Of a stretch of DNA of 64,000 nt, positions 40,741-51,339 are shown one piece after another (position 1 is the stretch's first letter; every line of letters starts with the position of its first letter). The notes under the pieces are model-generated. The model was not told where the DNA came from and made no database searches. It saw only the letters and a program-made list of their open reading frames with translations. This stretch comes from a virus (taxonomy: Duplodnaviria > Caudoviricetes). Position numbers and translations under genes: made by a program. Location: positions 34,429 through 98,428 of IMG/VR virus record IMGVR_UViG_3300043252_000011; one strand, 5' to 3'.

Positions 40741-41220
40741 TTAGGGTGAAGTGTAGTAATAAACCTTGATGCCGAAGGCCAGATCGGTCTTGGCGGTGGG
40801 TGACGTGATGGTGACGTTCGTGCCCGGAGCTGCCGATCGGAGCGGCGAGGCGCCGAAGTTCACATCGCGGAATACGACCGCGTCGGCGGTCGCGGCGATG
40901 GAAAAGCCCCATTGCGGCGATGCGGTCGCGCCGGAGCCAAGCCCGCTCGACGTGAAGGCGCAGTTGACGCAGGCCGTCGACGTGCCGTCCTGGATGGCCT
41001 CAAGCTCGATGCGCGTGATGTAAGCGTACTGCCCGGCCGGCGGCGTGACGGTAGCGACGGCCTGCGTGTTGACCGTGTTGTAATTGGTCGAGACCGCCGT
41101 CGACGTAAGGGCGTCGAGCCGCGTGCCGATCTGCTGCACGGTCGGAGCCGTGTTCTGTTGCGCGAGCACGGCGCCGCTCAATCCCAGCGACAAGGCAAGA
41201 GCGAGAAAGAGCTGGCGCAT
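40741..41220 (-). CDS. Accessory virion protein with signal-peptide-like N-terminus
   Basis: MRQLFLALALSLGLSGAVLA. Confidence 0.55.
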   Translation of the reverse strand: MRQLFLALALSLGLSGAVLAQQNTAPTVQQIGTRLDALTSTAVSTNYNTVNTQAVATVTPPAGQYAYITRIELEAIQDGTSTACVNCAFTSSGLGSGATASPQWGFSIAATADAVVFRDVNFGASPLRSAAPGTNVTITSPTAKTDLAFGIKVYYYTSP

Positions 41221-41290
41221 CGGTCTCTCCAAAATCACGCCGCATTGGCGCGGCGCTCAGGTGACCTCGTCTCCGAGGCGGGAGGTTCGC

Positions 41291-41917
41291 TTAGAAGAAG
41301 CTGTACAGAATAGTGACCACGATCGACGCGCCATCGGTCCAGTTGGTATGCGCGTTGACATAGATGAGCTTGGCGACCGGACCCGTCGTGGCGCCCGAAA
41401 CCGGGAATGCGGCGGCGAGGATGTCGGCCGGCGGGACGCAAGAAACTGCATTGGCGGCGACCGCGAAAGCCGAGACAATGGTTGCATCGGACGATCCCGC
41501 AATACCGATGTCGACGCCGCCGGTGACGGCGTTGCCGGTCGTTTCCTGGATGCAGATGCTTTGGATGACCGCGCCGGCCGGCAGCGGCATTGCGTTGGAT
41601 GCGGTCGCCTGCGCCGTATAGGGGCCGCCAAAAACGGTGAACAGATTTGGCCCCTGCACATAGCCTTGGGTCTGGAAAAAGCCGACATCGGCCGACTTGA
41701 ACAGTGCGCAGCCCTGCGAATTGAGATTATAGGCCGGTTGCGTCGCGGCGGTCGAGGACGTGTTGACAACACGGCGCGGGCCGGGTGCGGCATTGCCGGG
41801 CGGCGGCGCGCAAAGAACCTGCTGCTGCACCGCGACCGAGGCGGTGGCGTTGGCCGGAGCGGAAAGCGCGGCGAGGGCAATACCGGCGGCGAATAGGAGT
41901 GCAATGCGCTTCATCAT
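41291..41917 (-). CDS. Accessory virion protein with signal-peptide-like N-terminus
   Basis: MKRIALLFAAGIALAALSAPANA; LPAGAVI motif. Confidence 0.55.
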   Translation of the reverse strand: MMKRIALLFAAGIALAALSAPANATASVAVQQQVLCAPPPGNAAPGPRRVVNTSSTAATQPAYNLNSQGCALFKSADVGFFQTQGYVQGPNLFTVFGGPYTAQATASNAMPLPAGAVIQSICIQETTGNAVTGGVDIGIAGSSDATIVSAFAVAANAVSCVPPADILAAAFPVSGATTGPVAKLIYVNAHTNWTDGASIVVTILYSFF

Positions 41918-42602
41918 GCTACGGCCCTCTGCTGTCCAAATTGCGGGTCGGATGCCCGCGCCTGATTCAAGGCGTCAGCCTCGGCTTCCGCCAATTGTTC
42001 GGCTTCGATCTGCGCCCGGCCCGGCTTCACGCCGCGCGGTAGCTCGAGCTTGAAGCGATCCGGCTCGACTTCCATGGCGTGTCGGGCATCGACGCCCCAC
42101 AGCTCCACCTTGACCGGGCCGCCCTTGGTTTCCTGCCATTCGGCGAAAGCAACCTTGGCGGCGGAATAGGCGCGAAGCTGCTTCTTATAGAGTTCGCAGG
42201 CGTCCTCGTGGGCGACCTGTGCGGCGGCAAGATCGGCGCCTTTGAGCTTGGTCGCATCCGGCTCGACCGGCGCGTCGGGCGCGGCCGGGCGCGATGGCCC
42301 ACAGTCCCAAAGATCGACCTTGCCGTTGCGCTTGATGCGACGTTCCAGCGGGTTCATGCGGCCTCGGCCTCGTCAGATTCGGGATGTTCCAGCGCGTCGA
42401 GCCGCGCCTCGATGGCGGCAAAGCGGTCGTTGTCGCTGCCGGGCGCGCGAGTCATCTTCTCGCGCTCGACGATCTCGTAACGCTCCGGGTCGGCCGCCAC
42501 GGCATGATGGGCGTCGACCGCCGCCATCTTGATCCTGACCGGCGGATCGTTCGGTTCCTCGGTCGAACCTTTGTCGAGAACGGTGATAGTCGTCATGGTC
42601 AT
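41914..42602 (-). CDS. Two hypothetical head-module proteins (41914-42357, 42354-42602)
   Basis: They share VDA.HA...P.R motifs and overlap by ATGA. Confidence 0.55.
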
Positions 42603-43081
42603 ATCTCCGGCAGGACGGCAACGAAGCCGTCGATATTGATGGACGGGTTGGTACCGCCGACGAGGACATAAACGCGGGCGAATTCGTAGATCGATCCGGC
42701 CACGTTGTTCGAGAAAAAGACCTCGTAGCGGCCGGTCACCGCCGCCTGCGCGTTGACGATGTCATTGGTGTTGGCCGCGGCCAGATCGACGCCGCCGGCG
42801 GAAACCACGTTGCCGGCACCGAACGACGAATCGTTGGAGACCACGACGCGAATTTTGTAGTATTCATCGCCGGTGACGATGTTAAGCGCGGTCACGTCGC
42901 ATACGGCCACTGCATCGATGCGGGCCAGTTCCACAGGCGTCGTGCCCTGGTTGCCGCCCAGATCGAGCGTCGCTGTGGCGCCGCCGACTTGGGTGTAGCC
43001 GGACGCGGTGATTGCGGCGGCGTTGTCCGCAAAGAAGTTGTTGATGTCCGGGGTGTAAGTGCGGTCGTTGGGGAATGACAT
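42599..43081 (-). CDS. Capsid cement protein (Bbp16-like)
   Basis: Beta-rich 160 aa directly after the major capsid gene. Confidence 0.6.
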   Translation of the reverse strand: MSFPNDRTYTPDINNFFADNAAAITASGYTQVGGATATLDLGGNQGTTPVELARIDAVAVCDVTALNIVTGDEYYKIRVVVSNDSSFGAGNVVSAGGVDLAAANTNDIVNAQAAVTGRYEVFFSNNVAGSIYEFARVYVLVGGTNPSINIDGFVAVLPEI

Positions 43082-43093
43082 TGCTGTTGCTCC

Positions 43094-44053
43094 TTATGCA
43101 ACGATCGCGGCGTTGGTCCAGCTATCGAGCCGAGAAAGGCAATATTTGTGCTCGTCGACCAGCCCCACGTCCCAATTCAAATGGGTGCGATAGGTCTTGC
43201 CGTCCTGCAGGAGGCCGATGTCGCGGGTCTCCATCGGGCGAAGCTGCAGGCCGCGCAAGCGCTGCTCGCCGAGCGAGACCACGTAGAGCGACGCGGTGAC
43301 GGCCGAGCCGCCGCCGGATGCGACCTCGGTGAAATCGAGCATGTAGGGATGGTCGTCCTTCGGGTAGCCCCAGAGAAACTGCAGCCCGGCATAGGATGCC
43401 TTGAGACCGCCGACGCCGGTATTTCCCGACACGTCGAATTCCTGCATGACGAAGCCGGCGAGCGTGGTGGTGCGCGCCAACTGAATCCACAACGGCCGCG
43501 ACAGATACGGCGCGATGATATGGGTCGGCCGGTTGACCGCATTGATTGCCTTGTCGAGATTGGCGAGCGACAGCGCCGCGCCGCCAGACGAGGCCGAATT
43601 GTGGATGTCGCGGGAATATTTGTTGGAACGGACTTGCAGGCCGTTGAACACCCGCGCATTGGTCGACTGGTCGCCCTTGATGATGGTGGTGGCCCAGAGC
43701 TGACCGAAGGCGGTCATGCCCATCATTTCCTCGTAGTTGCGCCGCTCGGGACCGTGGCGGTCGACGATGGCGCGATCAACGTCGATGTCGTGGTCGATGA
43801 TCGCGGTGTTTTCCTGCAACGGCGTGATGACGCCATGCCCGGTCGAGGACGATTCGTTGATGGCGCGGAACTGCGGCGTGGCAAGCACGGCCTGGCGGTA
43901 ATAAACGAACACCGAGCCCTTCAAGCCCTCGAACGGCAGCGCATCGAACAAATCCGTCGATTTCGCAAACATTTCGATTGGCGGCCGGCGAATGTCCTCT
44001 TTGGCCATGGACTTCGCATATTCCGTGATCGTCATCAGGTTTGAGGCAGCCAT
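43094..44053 (-). CDS. Major capsid protein
   Basis: 319 aa after scaffold; FRAINE, IDVDRAIV, FNGL motifs. Confidence 0.85.
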   Translation of the reverse strand: MAASNLMTITEYAKSMAKEDIRRPPIEMFAKSTDLFDALPFEGLKGSVFVYYRQAVLATPQFRAINESSSTGHGVITPLQENTAIIDHDIDVDRAIVDRHGPERRNYEEMMGMTAFGQLWATTIIKGDQSTNARVFNGLQVRSNKYSRDIHNSASSGGAALSLANLDKAINAVNRPTHIIAPYLSRPLWIQLARTTTLAGFVMQEFDVSGNTGVGGLKASYAGLQFLWGYPKDDHPYMLDFTEVASGGGSAVTASLYVVSLGEQRLRGLQLRPMETRDIGLLQDGKTYRTHLNWDVGLVDEHKYCLSRLDSWTNAAIVA

Positions 44054-44068
44054 AATTCACTTCCCCTG

Positions 44069-44893
44069 TTAAGCCGCGGCGCCGTTGGATTGATTGAACC
44101 GTGCCGTGTAATCTTTCTTTTCGGTGTAGCTCATCTTGTCCCACGTCGCGTCGTCGACGCGCTGCGCCGCGTCGGCCTCACGGCCGCGTGTGGTGAAATG
44201 TGCGCCACCCTGCGTCTGCATTTTCTGCATCACGGCTTCGAGCGCTTCGATGGTCGAGGCCACCGGCGCCATCTTGAGAATATTGGCCAGCGCCTTGCCG
44301 TGCTTCTCGCCGCCGACGGCCGCCATCCATGTGGTGACGGCGTCGACGCGCGCCGGCCCGGACGCGCCGAGCTTGGCGATCTCGCCGTCGTAGGCGGCTT
44401 TGATCGTCGCCTGCGTGCCGATGCGGTCGCCGGCAATGAGCGCGATGCCTTCGGCGAATTGGTCCTGCGTCAGACCGGCCTTTTGCGCCCAGGTGCGCGC
44501 CTGCGCCCACAACGGATTCTTGTCGTCGATCTTGAACTCGACACCTTGCGGAAGTTGAAACGACTTCGGCAGTTCGAGCTTGTAGGCATCGGGATTCTGC
44601 GGCAGCGTCAGGCGGCGGCTGTCGTCGGCGGCCTTGAACGCCATAAGCGCATCGAAGTCCTTGCGCAGATCGGCGCCGCGAACCTCATTTTTGCTTGCGT
44701 CCCAATACTTTTCCGGCGCCCATTCGGGGCGCTGCGCCGGCGTAGCCAGCGGCACCACATTATTCGGGGCGGGTGATTGTGGGGTCGGCGTCGGGGTTGG
44801 CGCGGAGGAATTCGCGGGCGGTGACGCGGGAGTGGATGGCGACGGGTTCGCGGCGGGCAAAGACAACGGGAGTGTTTCGGCTGCTTCCACCAC
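44069..44893 (-). CDS. Capsid assembly scaffolding protein
   Basis: Pro-rich N-terminus, RPEWAPEKYWD, AGLTQDQF. Confidence 0.75.
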   Translation of the reverse strand: MVEAAETLPLSLPAANPSPSTPASPPANSSAPTPTPTPQSPAPNNVVPLATPAQRPEWAPEKYWDASKNEVRGADLRKDFDALMAFKAADDSRRLTLPQNPDAYKLELPKSFQLPQGVEFKIDDKNPLWAQARTWAQKAGLTQDQFAEGIALIAGDRIGTQATIKAAYDGEIAKLGASGPARVDAVTTWMAAVGGEKHGKALANILKMAPVASTIEALEAVMQKMQTQGGAHFTTRGREADAAQRVDDATWDKMSYTEKKDYTARFNQSNGAAA

Positions 44894-45098
44894 TTTCCGC
44901 GATCCCTTTGGCCATGAGGCCCATCAATTCGGCCGCATAACTGCGCCGGCCCTCCACTCTCGGCAACGCACTATCGTCCGTGGAAACGGCGCAAAGCGTC
45001 TTTTGGAAGTACAGATAGACCAGATGACCGTCCGGTTCGCGCGCGATGCGGTCGAACGCGGCCAGAAAGTCGGCCTCGGTAATGCCCTCGTCGCTCAT
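44760..45098 (-). CDS. Bbp19-like protein
   Basis: EGRRS motif, between portal and scaffold. Confidence 0.5.
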   Translation of the reverse strand: MSDEGITEADFLAAFDRIAREPDGHLVYLYFQKTLCAVSTDDSALPRVEGRRSYAAELMGLMAKGIAESGGSSRNTPVVFARREPVAIHSRVTAREFLRANPDADPTITRPE

Positions 45099-46708
45099 GC
45101 CGCCGGCCCCGGCGTTTGCCCTGTCGGCCCCGGCACCGGCCGATTGCTCAATACTTTGGACATCTGATCGACAGCGGCGGACACCTGATCGTCGCTGCGG
45201 AACTTGATGAGATCGGCGACGCGCATTTTCTTGATGATCTCCTGGATCGTTTTTTTGCCGTCGACATACATCTTGAATTCTTCCGGGAATGTCTGCGCCA
45301 CATAGGTCAACGCTTTCATCGCCATGCCGACCTCTTGCTGCTCGGCGGCGGCTTGGGCCGGATTGCGCGGCAGCGTTGCCACGGCGCGGCCGTCGACCTT
45401 GATCGGCGCAATGGCGCCGGAGGCTTCGAGCAGATACTTGAACCGCAAGAATATCTGCGCCGGAAACTCGCGCCAGAACGACATGCCTGGCGTGCCAATA
45501 CGGCGCTGCGCGCGGGCCATTTCGTCGAGCCATTGGCCGAGCGTCGGCGGCGTGTCGCCGTGCTGCTCGGGCATATCGACGAAAAACAGCTTGCGCAGGA
45601 TTTTGACTTTTTCCTCATATTGATAATTGGCCACTTCCGGCGACGGCACGGTGTAGATCGACTTGACTGCGCCTTCCGATCCCGGACGCACCGGATAGGC
45701 AAAACCGTCCTCGACGCCCTGCTCCACCGCGGCAAAACTGTCGTCGGGGTAAGTGATGGCCGGATTGATCGAGCGCGCGGAATGCTCGATGCGCAACCGT
45801 TCCAACTCGTCGACCTGGCGAAACGTCGGCAGGCCCTTGAGCAGCGAGCCAAAGCCATGCGGCCAGTCCGGCGTGGCGCCGAAGCGGCCGACGATCAACG
45901 GCACCGAGCCCTCACCGATCAGCACCGCATCGTGAACGAGCTTCTGGTCGACAAACACGACATGCTGGTAATGCTCGTCGCCTTTTTCCGCCCACAGCCG
46001 CCAATAGCCCCAGGTGACCTGCGTGCGCGTAGCCGGCGCTTTCTCGATGGCTTCGCGCTCCTGCACACCGATCTTTTCCCAGATTTCCTCGCCGACCAGT
46101 TCGCGCACGTAGCTATTGCGGGTATAGCGCACGGCAAAGCGGTCGTCGGGATCGCCGTAAGGGCCGAGATTGAATTCCAGTTCGCGGAACGGGACAGCCG
46201 ACACGACGATCGGCGATGTCGGATGCGGCCGGTGAATCCAGACCGCGACAGTGCCGATGTTCAAATCCGGGTTGAAGGTCTTGGCGCACTCGGGATAAAG
46301 GTTCGATGCCTTCATGGCCGAAAAAATCTTGTTGTCGGCCTCTTTCACCTTGTCGGCGACCTTTTCCCAGACCTTCGGATCGATGTCCATGCCAGGACCG
46401 CGCTCGCACCAATTCCCGGTCTCGGGCATGAAGGCTTGCATGACCTCGGTGCCCTGGTCCTCGCAGAGAATGAAGGCTTGATCGGTATTGAGCTCCGGCG
46501 CGTCGAGCATCCGCTGCTGCGACGGCGCGGTCATCGACGAAATTTGCCGCTGCCGCCATGGCGAGGCGAAGAAATACGCCTCCTTCACGTCGAGTTCGAT
46601 GTAGGATTTCCAGGTCCGGCAGGCGGCGAGCCGTTCCAGCCCTTCCTTGCCGAGCTTGTTGGGCTCGCCCGGCACCAGCGTCATTTCCGGCTGGCGGTCA
46701 TCGGCCAT
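45095..46708 (-). CDS. Portal (head-tail connector)
   Basis: 537 aa, T7/Bbp21-like position and motifs. Confidence 0.85.
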   Translation of the reverse strand: MADDRQPEMTLVPGEPNKLGKEGLERLAACRTWKSYIELDVKEAYFFASPWRQRQISSMTAPSQQRMLDAPELNTDQAFILCEDQGTEVMQAFMPETGNWCERGPGMDIDPKVWEKVADKVKEADNKIFSAMKASNLYPECAKTFNPDLNIGTVAVWIHRPHPTSPIVVSAVPFRELEFNLGPYGDPDDRFAVRYTRNSYVRELVGEEIWEKIGVQEREAIEKAPATRTQVTWGYWRLWAEKGDEHYQHVVFVDQKLVHDAVLIGEGSVPLIVGRFGATPDWPHGFGSLLKGLPTFRQVDELERLRIEHSARSINPAITYPDDSFAAVEQGVEDGFAYPVRPGSEGAVKSIYTVPSPEVANYQYEEKVKILRKLFFVDMPEQHGDTPPTLGQWLDEMARAQRRIGTPGMSFWREFPAQIFLRFKYLLEASGAIAPIKVDGRAVATLPRNPAQAAAEQQEVGMAMKALTYVAQTFPEEFKMYVDGKKTIQEIIKKMRVADLIKFRSDDQVSAAVDQMSKVLSNRPVPGPTGQTPGPAA

Positions 46709-46973
46709 CAGGCGGCCCGGCTGAACGAGGGCGCGACCGATGCCGCGGGATTATTGGCGCCGGTTGCGGTGACGCCGGCAAGCGCAAGATGCGTGCCGTA
46801 GCGTTGCATTAACGATGCCATATCTGCCTGAGTTTGAGCCTGTAATCCTCCAACGAGGTCTTGCTGCGCTTGCTGTTGTTCCTGCGCAAGATTGGGGTCA
46901 GCCGGGAGTTGAGGCGCGTCGGCATTCATTTTGCCATCCAATAGCATCTAGCCAAGGCCGCAACGCACGGCGC

Positions 46974-47540
46974 CTAGAGCAATCGCCCTAGCGATTGAGC
47001 GTGAACTATCGGGTGCCTTGGCCCCTTTGACCAATTGCATGGCGCGCATGTCAATTGGAGATTTGAGCGGTCGTTTGACCCTCCTAGTATCTTCGGCAGG
47101 ATATGGTCGATATGAGTTTTTGCACCAAGCCGAGCGGTGCAAATTGCACAACGGCCGCGTTGCCTCTCATGCAAAAACGCCCGGAGCGCTTTCTTCTTTT
47201 TCAGAACCCTAGCTTTCTGAGCGGCCTTGTGTTTTTCAGGATTATTTTTTCGCCATCGCCGCAAGGCTTCTCTGCCGCGTTCAGGATGTGTTCTATTCCA
47301 ATTTTTATTCTGCTCTAACTTCTTGGCTCGGTTGGCCACATAATTAGCTTTTGTATATTCCAGTTTCTCTTTGCGCTTCGCAACATAGTTGGCTCGCAAC
47401 TTTTCTGGGTGTGCAGAAGCGTATCGTTTTGCGGCTGCACGCATCCTCTCTGGATGTGCTTTGTTCCACGCTCTATTGCGCTCGCGTTTCCGCGCCAGAG
47501 CCGCAAGTCGTTTTTCCGCTGATGCTTTAGGTCTCGGCAC
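46974..47540 (-). CDS. HNH endonuclease
   Basis: CAIC..HIDHILP..GG..NLQLTCAPCN. Confidence 0.85.
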   Translation of the reverse strand: MPRPKASAEKRLAALARKRERNRAWNKAHPERMRAAAKRYASAHPEKLRANYVAKRKEKLEYTKANYVANRAKKLEQNKNWNRTHPERGREALRRWRKNNPEKHKAAQKARVLKKKKALRAFLHERQRGRCAICTARLGAKTHIDHILPKILGGSNDRSNLQLTCAPCNWSKGPRHPIVHAQSLGRLL

Positions 47541-47961
47541 CGATGATTTCCCCGCCTGCTTTTATACAATCCTTGTAGAGTTTATCTGGTCTAAGCGCCG
47601 CGCTTCTCAATCCAATCAGGTGTTTGATGACCGGCACGCAATACAGGCCCCAGCGCGACGACAGGCCCATGTGCGCATGACCGCGCGCAATCTTCACCAC
47701 CGCGCAATCGCGCGTGCGCTCGATGAAAAACGGCTTGATGGTCTCGCCATCGCGGCCATGCGCGACCAGGAAAATCCGCGTGCCGCGCAATTGCGTGTCG
47801 TAAACCAGCCACGCCTTGAAGCCGGGACAATAGGCCATGGCCGAGACGTGCTTGAACTCGCCGAATGCGAGCCACGACAACCACCGCACCGCGACCTTGC
47901 GATGGAAGATCACATACCATTCGTCGGGCTCAATCGCTTCCGGAAGGTTGATCTCGTCCAT
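47527..47961 (-). CDS. Conserved hypothetical protein between TerL and portal
   Basis: FKHV...CV..IKHLIG..PDKLY. Confidence 0.6.
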   Translation of the reverse strand: MDEINLPEAIEPDEWYVIFHRKVAVRWLSWLAFGEFKHVSAMAYCPGFKAWLVYDTQLRGTRIFLVAHGRDGETIKPFFIERTRDCAVVKIARGHAHMGLSSRWGLYCVPVIKHLIGLRSAALRPDKLYKDCIKAGGEIIGAET

Positions 47962-48090
47962 CGTGAACGCGCTTGTTCTTGACCTTTGGACAGCCCCACA
48001 TAATGCACTCGTCCGGCGTCTGACAGCCAGCAGCAAGACAATCCTGCAATTGACTGCCCTCGTTCCACATTTCTTTAAAATCTTCGAAAG

Positions 48091-49593
48091 TCATCCTACA
48101 ACCCGCCGCATCGTCTTTGCGCCCCTGTAAACTCGCACCGGCTTGAGATCGCTCAAGGCCGTCAGCCCGATCATGCGCCGGCCTTCGCCGATACCGATCA
48201 TGCCATATTCCCAGGCGTTGCACACATGCGAATAGCGGTTCTTGCACGGCTTCAATTCGCCGGTCTCGTCCTTTTCGTTGAAGTAGCGGCCGGCAGCACC
48301 GACGATCAGGGTACGGCAATACGGCGATATGCGAACCCGCGGCGTGCCGTCGTACATTTCGATCAGTGCATTGTCGACGGCGTTCACCCGCTTGGCAATC
48401 TCGTTCATCTTCAAGCCGGGCGGCGGCAGCACCTTCATGCCATGCGATTCAAATACGTCGAAAGCCGAGCGCTCATCGGTCTGCGTCTTGTCGGCACCCT
48501 TCGGATCGCCGTAGATACGAAACCGGAAATTCGGATATTTCTCAGTCAGCATCCGCTTGACCTTGGGCGCAAACGTCACCGCGCCCTCGTTCATGCCGAT
48601 TAATTCGTATTGCACCAGGACGCGGCTATTGATCGCCTGCATGAACACTGCAGCCGGCATTCGGCCGAAATCGAGCGACACGACGACCTCGTGGCCCTCG
48701 ATCGGGCGCAGCATTTCGCGCGCCACATGGGTCTCGCGGCGGAACTGCGTCCACACCGGCGAGCCGTCGACCACCAATGTCACGACATTGCGCAGCCGCG
48801 AATCGATCCAGGCTTTCGACTTGCCGCGCAACATGCGCTCGTAATAATCCTTCGGCAGGTTGTGCAGGTTCTCGGCATTGGGATTGACATCGTAGCCGAT
48901 CAGTGCGCCGCGTTCGTCGAGCCGTTCCAGCACCGCCGGCGGCTGCATATAGAAGCCCCACTGCGGCGGCCATTCGTATTCGCGGCGCTCGTCCTCGGTC
49001 ATGCCGGGCGGAAAATCGACCTGCCCGGTCATCAATGCCAGCCAGTGATCCTCGTCGGGCGCGTTGCCATCGGCAATCTGGCCGCGCCAAGGGAACGGGC
49101 CGCCATGCTCGGGCGGCGGATAGCGCAGGCGGGAATCACCCTCGTCGAACAATTGCTTTTCAATGAACGGCAATTCGTTCCAGAAAATGCCGGTGTATTC
49201 GCCGGAGCGCAGCTTGCGCACGTCTTCGGCCTTGTCGAGCGCAAGAAAGTCGACCTCGGTTCGCACATCGCCGCCGGCCCATGGAAACTTGATGCGGTGG
49301 CAAAGCGGCTGCGCCCAATTGAAGCGGCCGTAGATATGCTCGGGGAAACATTCAAGCCAGGTGCGGACAGTGGTGCGGCGCAAATCGGGGTAAGTATTGC
49401 GCACCGCGGCAAAGCGGGTGTAGCGCAGGCCGTCGAGCGGCGACGGTATCTGTTCCTGCGCGTGGCGCATGATGCGGACGCAGCACGCCTTGGTCTTGCC
49501 GGAGCCGAGCGGTCCTTCCAGAATATCGACCGAGCGCGTCGAGGCGATGAACTCGGCAACTTTCGTTCCGCCGACGATATTGAATTCCATCAC
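48091..49593 (-). CDS. terL: Terminase large subunit
   Basis: GPLGSGKT, RNTYPDL, LDFGR, YGDP motifs. Confidence 0.9.
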   Translation of the reverse strand: MMEFNIVGGTKVAEFIASTRSVDILEGPLGSGKTKACCVRIMRHAQEQIPSPLDGLRYTRFAAVRNTYPDLRRTTVRTWLECFPEHIYGRFNWAQPLCHRIKFPWAGGDVRTEVDFLALDKAEDVRKLRSGEYTGIFWNELPFIEKQLFDEGDSRLRYPPPEHGGPFPWRGQIADGNAPDEDHWLALMTGQVDFPPGMTEDERREYEWPPQWGFYMQPPAVLERLDERGALIGYDVNPNAENLHNLPKDYYERMLRGKSKAWIDSRLRNVVTLVVDGSPVWTQFRRETHVAREMLRPIEGHEVVVSLDFGRMPAAVFMQAINSRVLVQYELIGMNEGAVTFAPKVKRMLTEKYPNFRFRIYGDPKGADKTQTDERSAFDVFESHGMKVLPPPGLKMNEIAKRVNAVDNALIEMYDGTPRVRISPYCRTLIVGAAGRYFNEKDETGELKPCKNRYSHVCNAWEYGMIGIGEGRRMIGLTALSDLKPVRVYRGAKTMRRVVG

Positions 49594-51227
49594 GCCGCCG
49601 TGCGTTTGACGAATTGCGCCTGCCGCAACAACGGCAGCAATCTTTGGTCGAGCCTATCCTCGGCACGGTCGGCATCGTCGGCGGCGATGTACGGCTCCAG
49701 CCAAAGATCGGGAGGAAAGGCTTCTGGCGGCAGTTTCACATGCTCGTCGATATTGACCAGCGCCAGCGATTCCTTCTCGTACTGCGCAATGCGCTCGTCG
49801 TCGATGCCGTCGAGCTTCATCAGATATTGTTCGATGCCGTGGGCTAGCCGGTGCGCGCCGTAGCCGGTGGCGGGGAAATAAGGTAATCCGAGCATGGTGC
49901 CGAGCCACCATTCAGGCCGCTCATGCCACGAATAGGTCTCATCGGGATAGACGCCGCTCAACGGGAATTTCTCCGGCGTCTGATTGTCGATGTATGTCGT
50001 CGCGCCGTCGATCGACGAACCGGCCAGATACGGCACGCGGTATTGCCGGTTGACGATTGGGCGCCGCGCCAGGTGCGCGCGCAGGCCGGGATTTTTCTGC
50101 AACAGCTTGACGACGACGGCAACCGGGGCCGGATCGTCGTTGTCGCCATGATGGCTGCCGACGCTCATGATGCCTTCATTTCTCCACGCTCATAAAGTTC
50201 GCGGCGGTCCTTGGAATTGTGAATCCACACCCCCTCGTCGTCGAACGGTGTACACCAGCATCTTTGATCGGCATCGTGTGGCTTCAAATCATCGACCGGC
50301 ATTACATGGTTGCCGTACATGGTCTCGATGACCTCCCATTGGCTCATCGCTTTTTCTTCTTGCTCTTGCGCGCCGACGACAGCGCGATCGCGACAGGCCT
50401 GCTTTTGCGGATAGCCGGAATGTCGCAACTCGCGGATATTGGCGGAAACCTTTTTTGCGACGAACCTTTCTTGAGCGGAATGGCAGCCTCCCTCAGTTGA
50501 GAACGAACGGCCGCATTTCCCGGCAATGCCGCTCGATCATGTCCTGATCGTGCTCGGTGCGCGGCCGGATGATAACCCGCGGCGTCTGCGGTTGCGAGCG
50601 ATCGACTTCCGCCTGTAGCCAGCAGCCGTGCCATACCGGCTCGCCGTCGGCGCCGAGAATGACCGGCGTGCCGCGCGGCCGGTTGAACACGATGGCCGCG
50701 TACTGCCCGCGCTTTTGAAACTCGCGCGCCCATTGCTGGAATTGCTCGTCGTAGAGCTCGACGAACAAATCCGGGATTTTTTCAAAGACGGTTAACATGA
50801 CAACGGGAGCCGCGCTCGCATCGGCATCTTCCCTACTAGGTCGCGGGCAGCGTCTAGAATGCCCTTGATTGCTAAGGCCGCTCTACTGCTTGAGCTATCC
50901 CGATTCATGTCAGCCTCACGTCGAATTAACGCACGGGTCAGCATCCTTGACCGGAAATACCCACCGAAGGCAACAGCGGCCGGAGGATGCTTTTCTTCAC
51001 CGAGCCCCGTGCCGCCCGGCCGAAAGGCCCGCTGCGCCTTATCCAACTCCCTTCAAAGCAAAATGAGGCTCGGTCAATTCACCGGATAGAAGCGGGTCAA
51101 CTTCCGCAAGCAAATTACCGTCGAGCGACCAATACTGGCGGATGCAGCGTATTGGATCACCTTCGATGCCCTTGCCGCGACGCAACAGTGTCGTCTCAAC
51201 AACCTGGATGACCCTCACTTCCGCCAT
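49590..51227 (-). CDS. Small genes upstream of terL (49590-50168, 50165-50347, 50493-50798, 50792-51046, 51039-51227)
   Basis: Overlapping minus-strand ORFs. Confidence 0.45.
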
Positions 51228-51339
51228 GTGACCGTCCTTGACACGCAATCCATTGTATGACACGCTATCACAGACAGACAGGCAGCGCAATGGCTTTCAA
51301 AGCAGCCTGCCAAGCGAGCGCTCTCGTGAGGATAAAGCC

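Noticed and set aside
36475-49863. Long plus-strand ORFs (36475-38292, 45116-46801, 48610-49863)
   Set aside because: Antisense shadows of GC-rich structural genes with no recognisable motifs.
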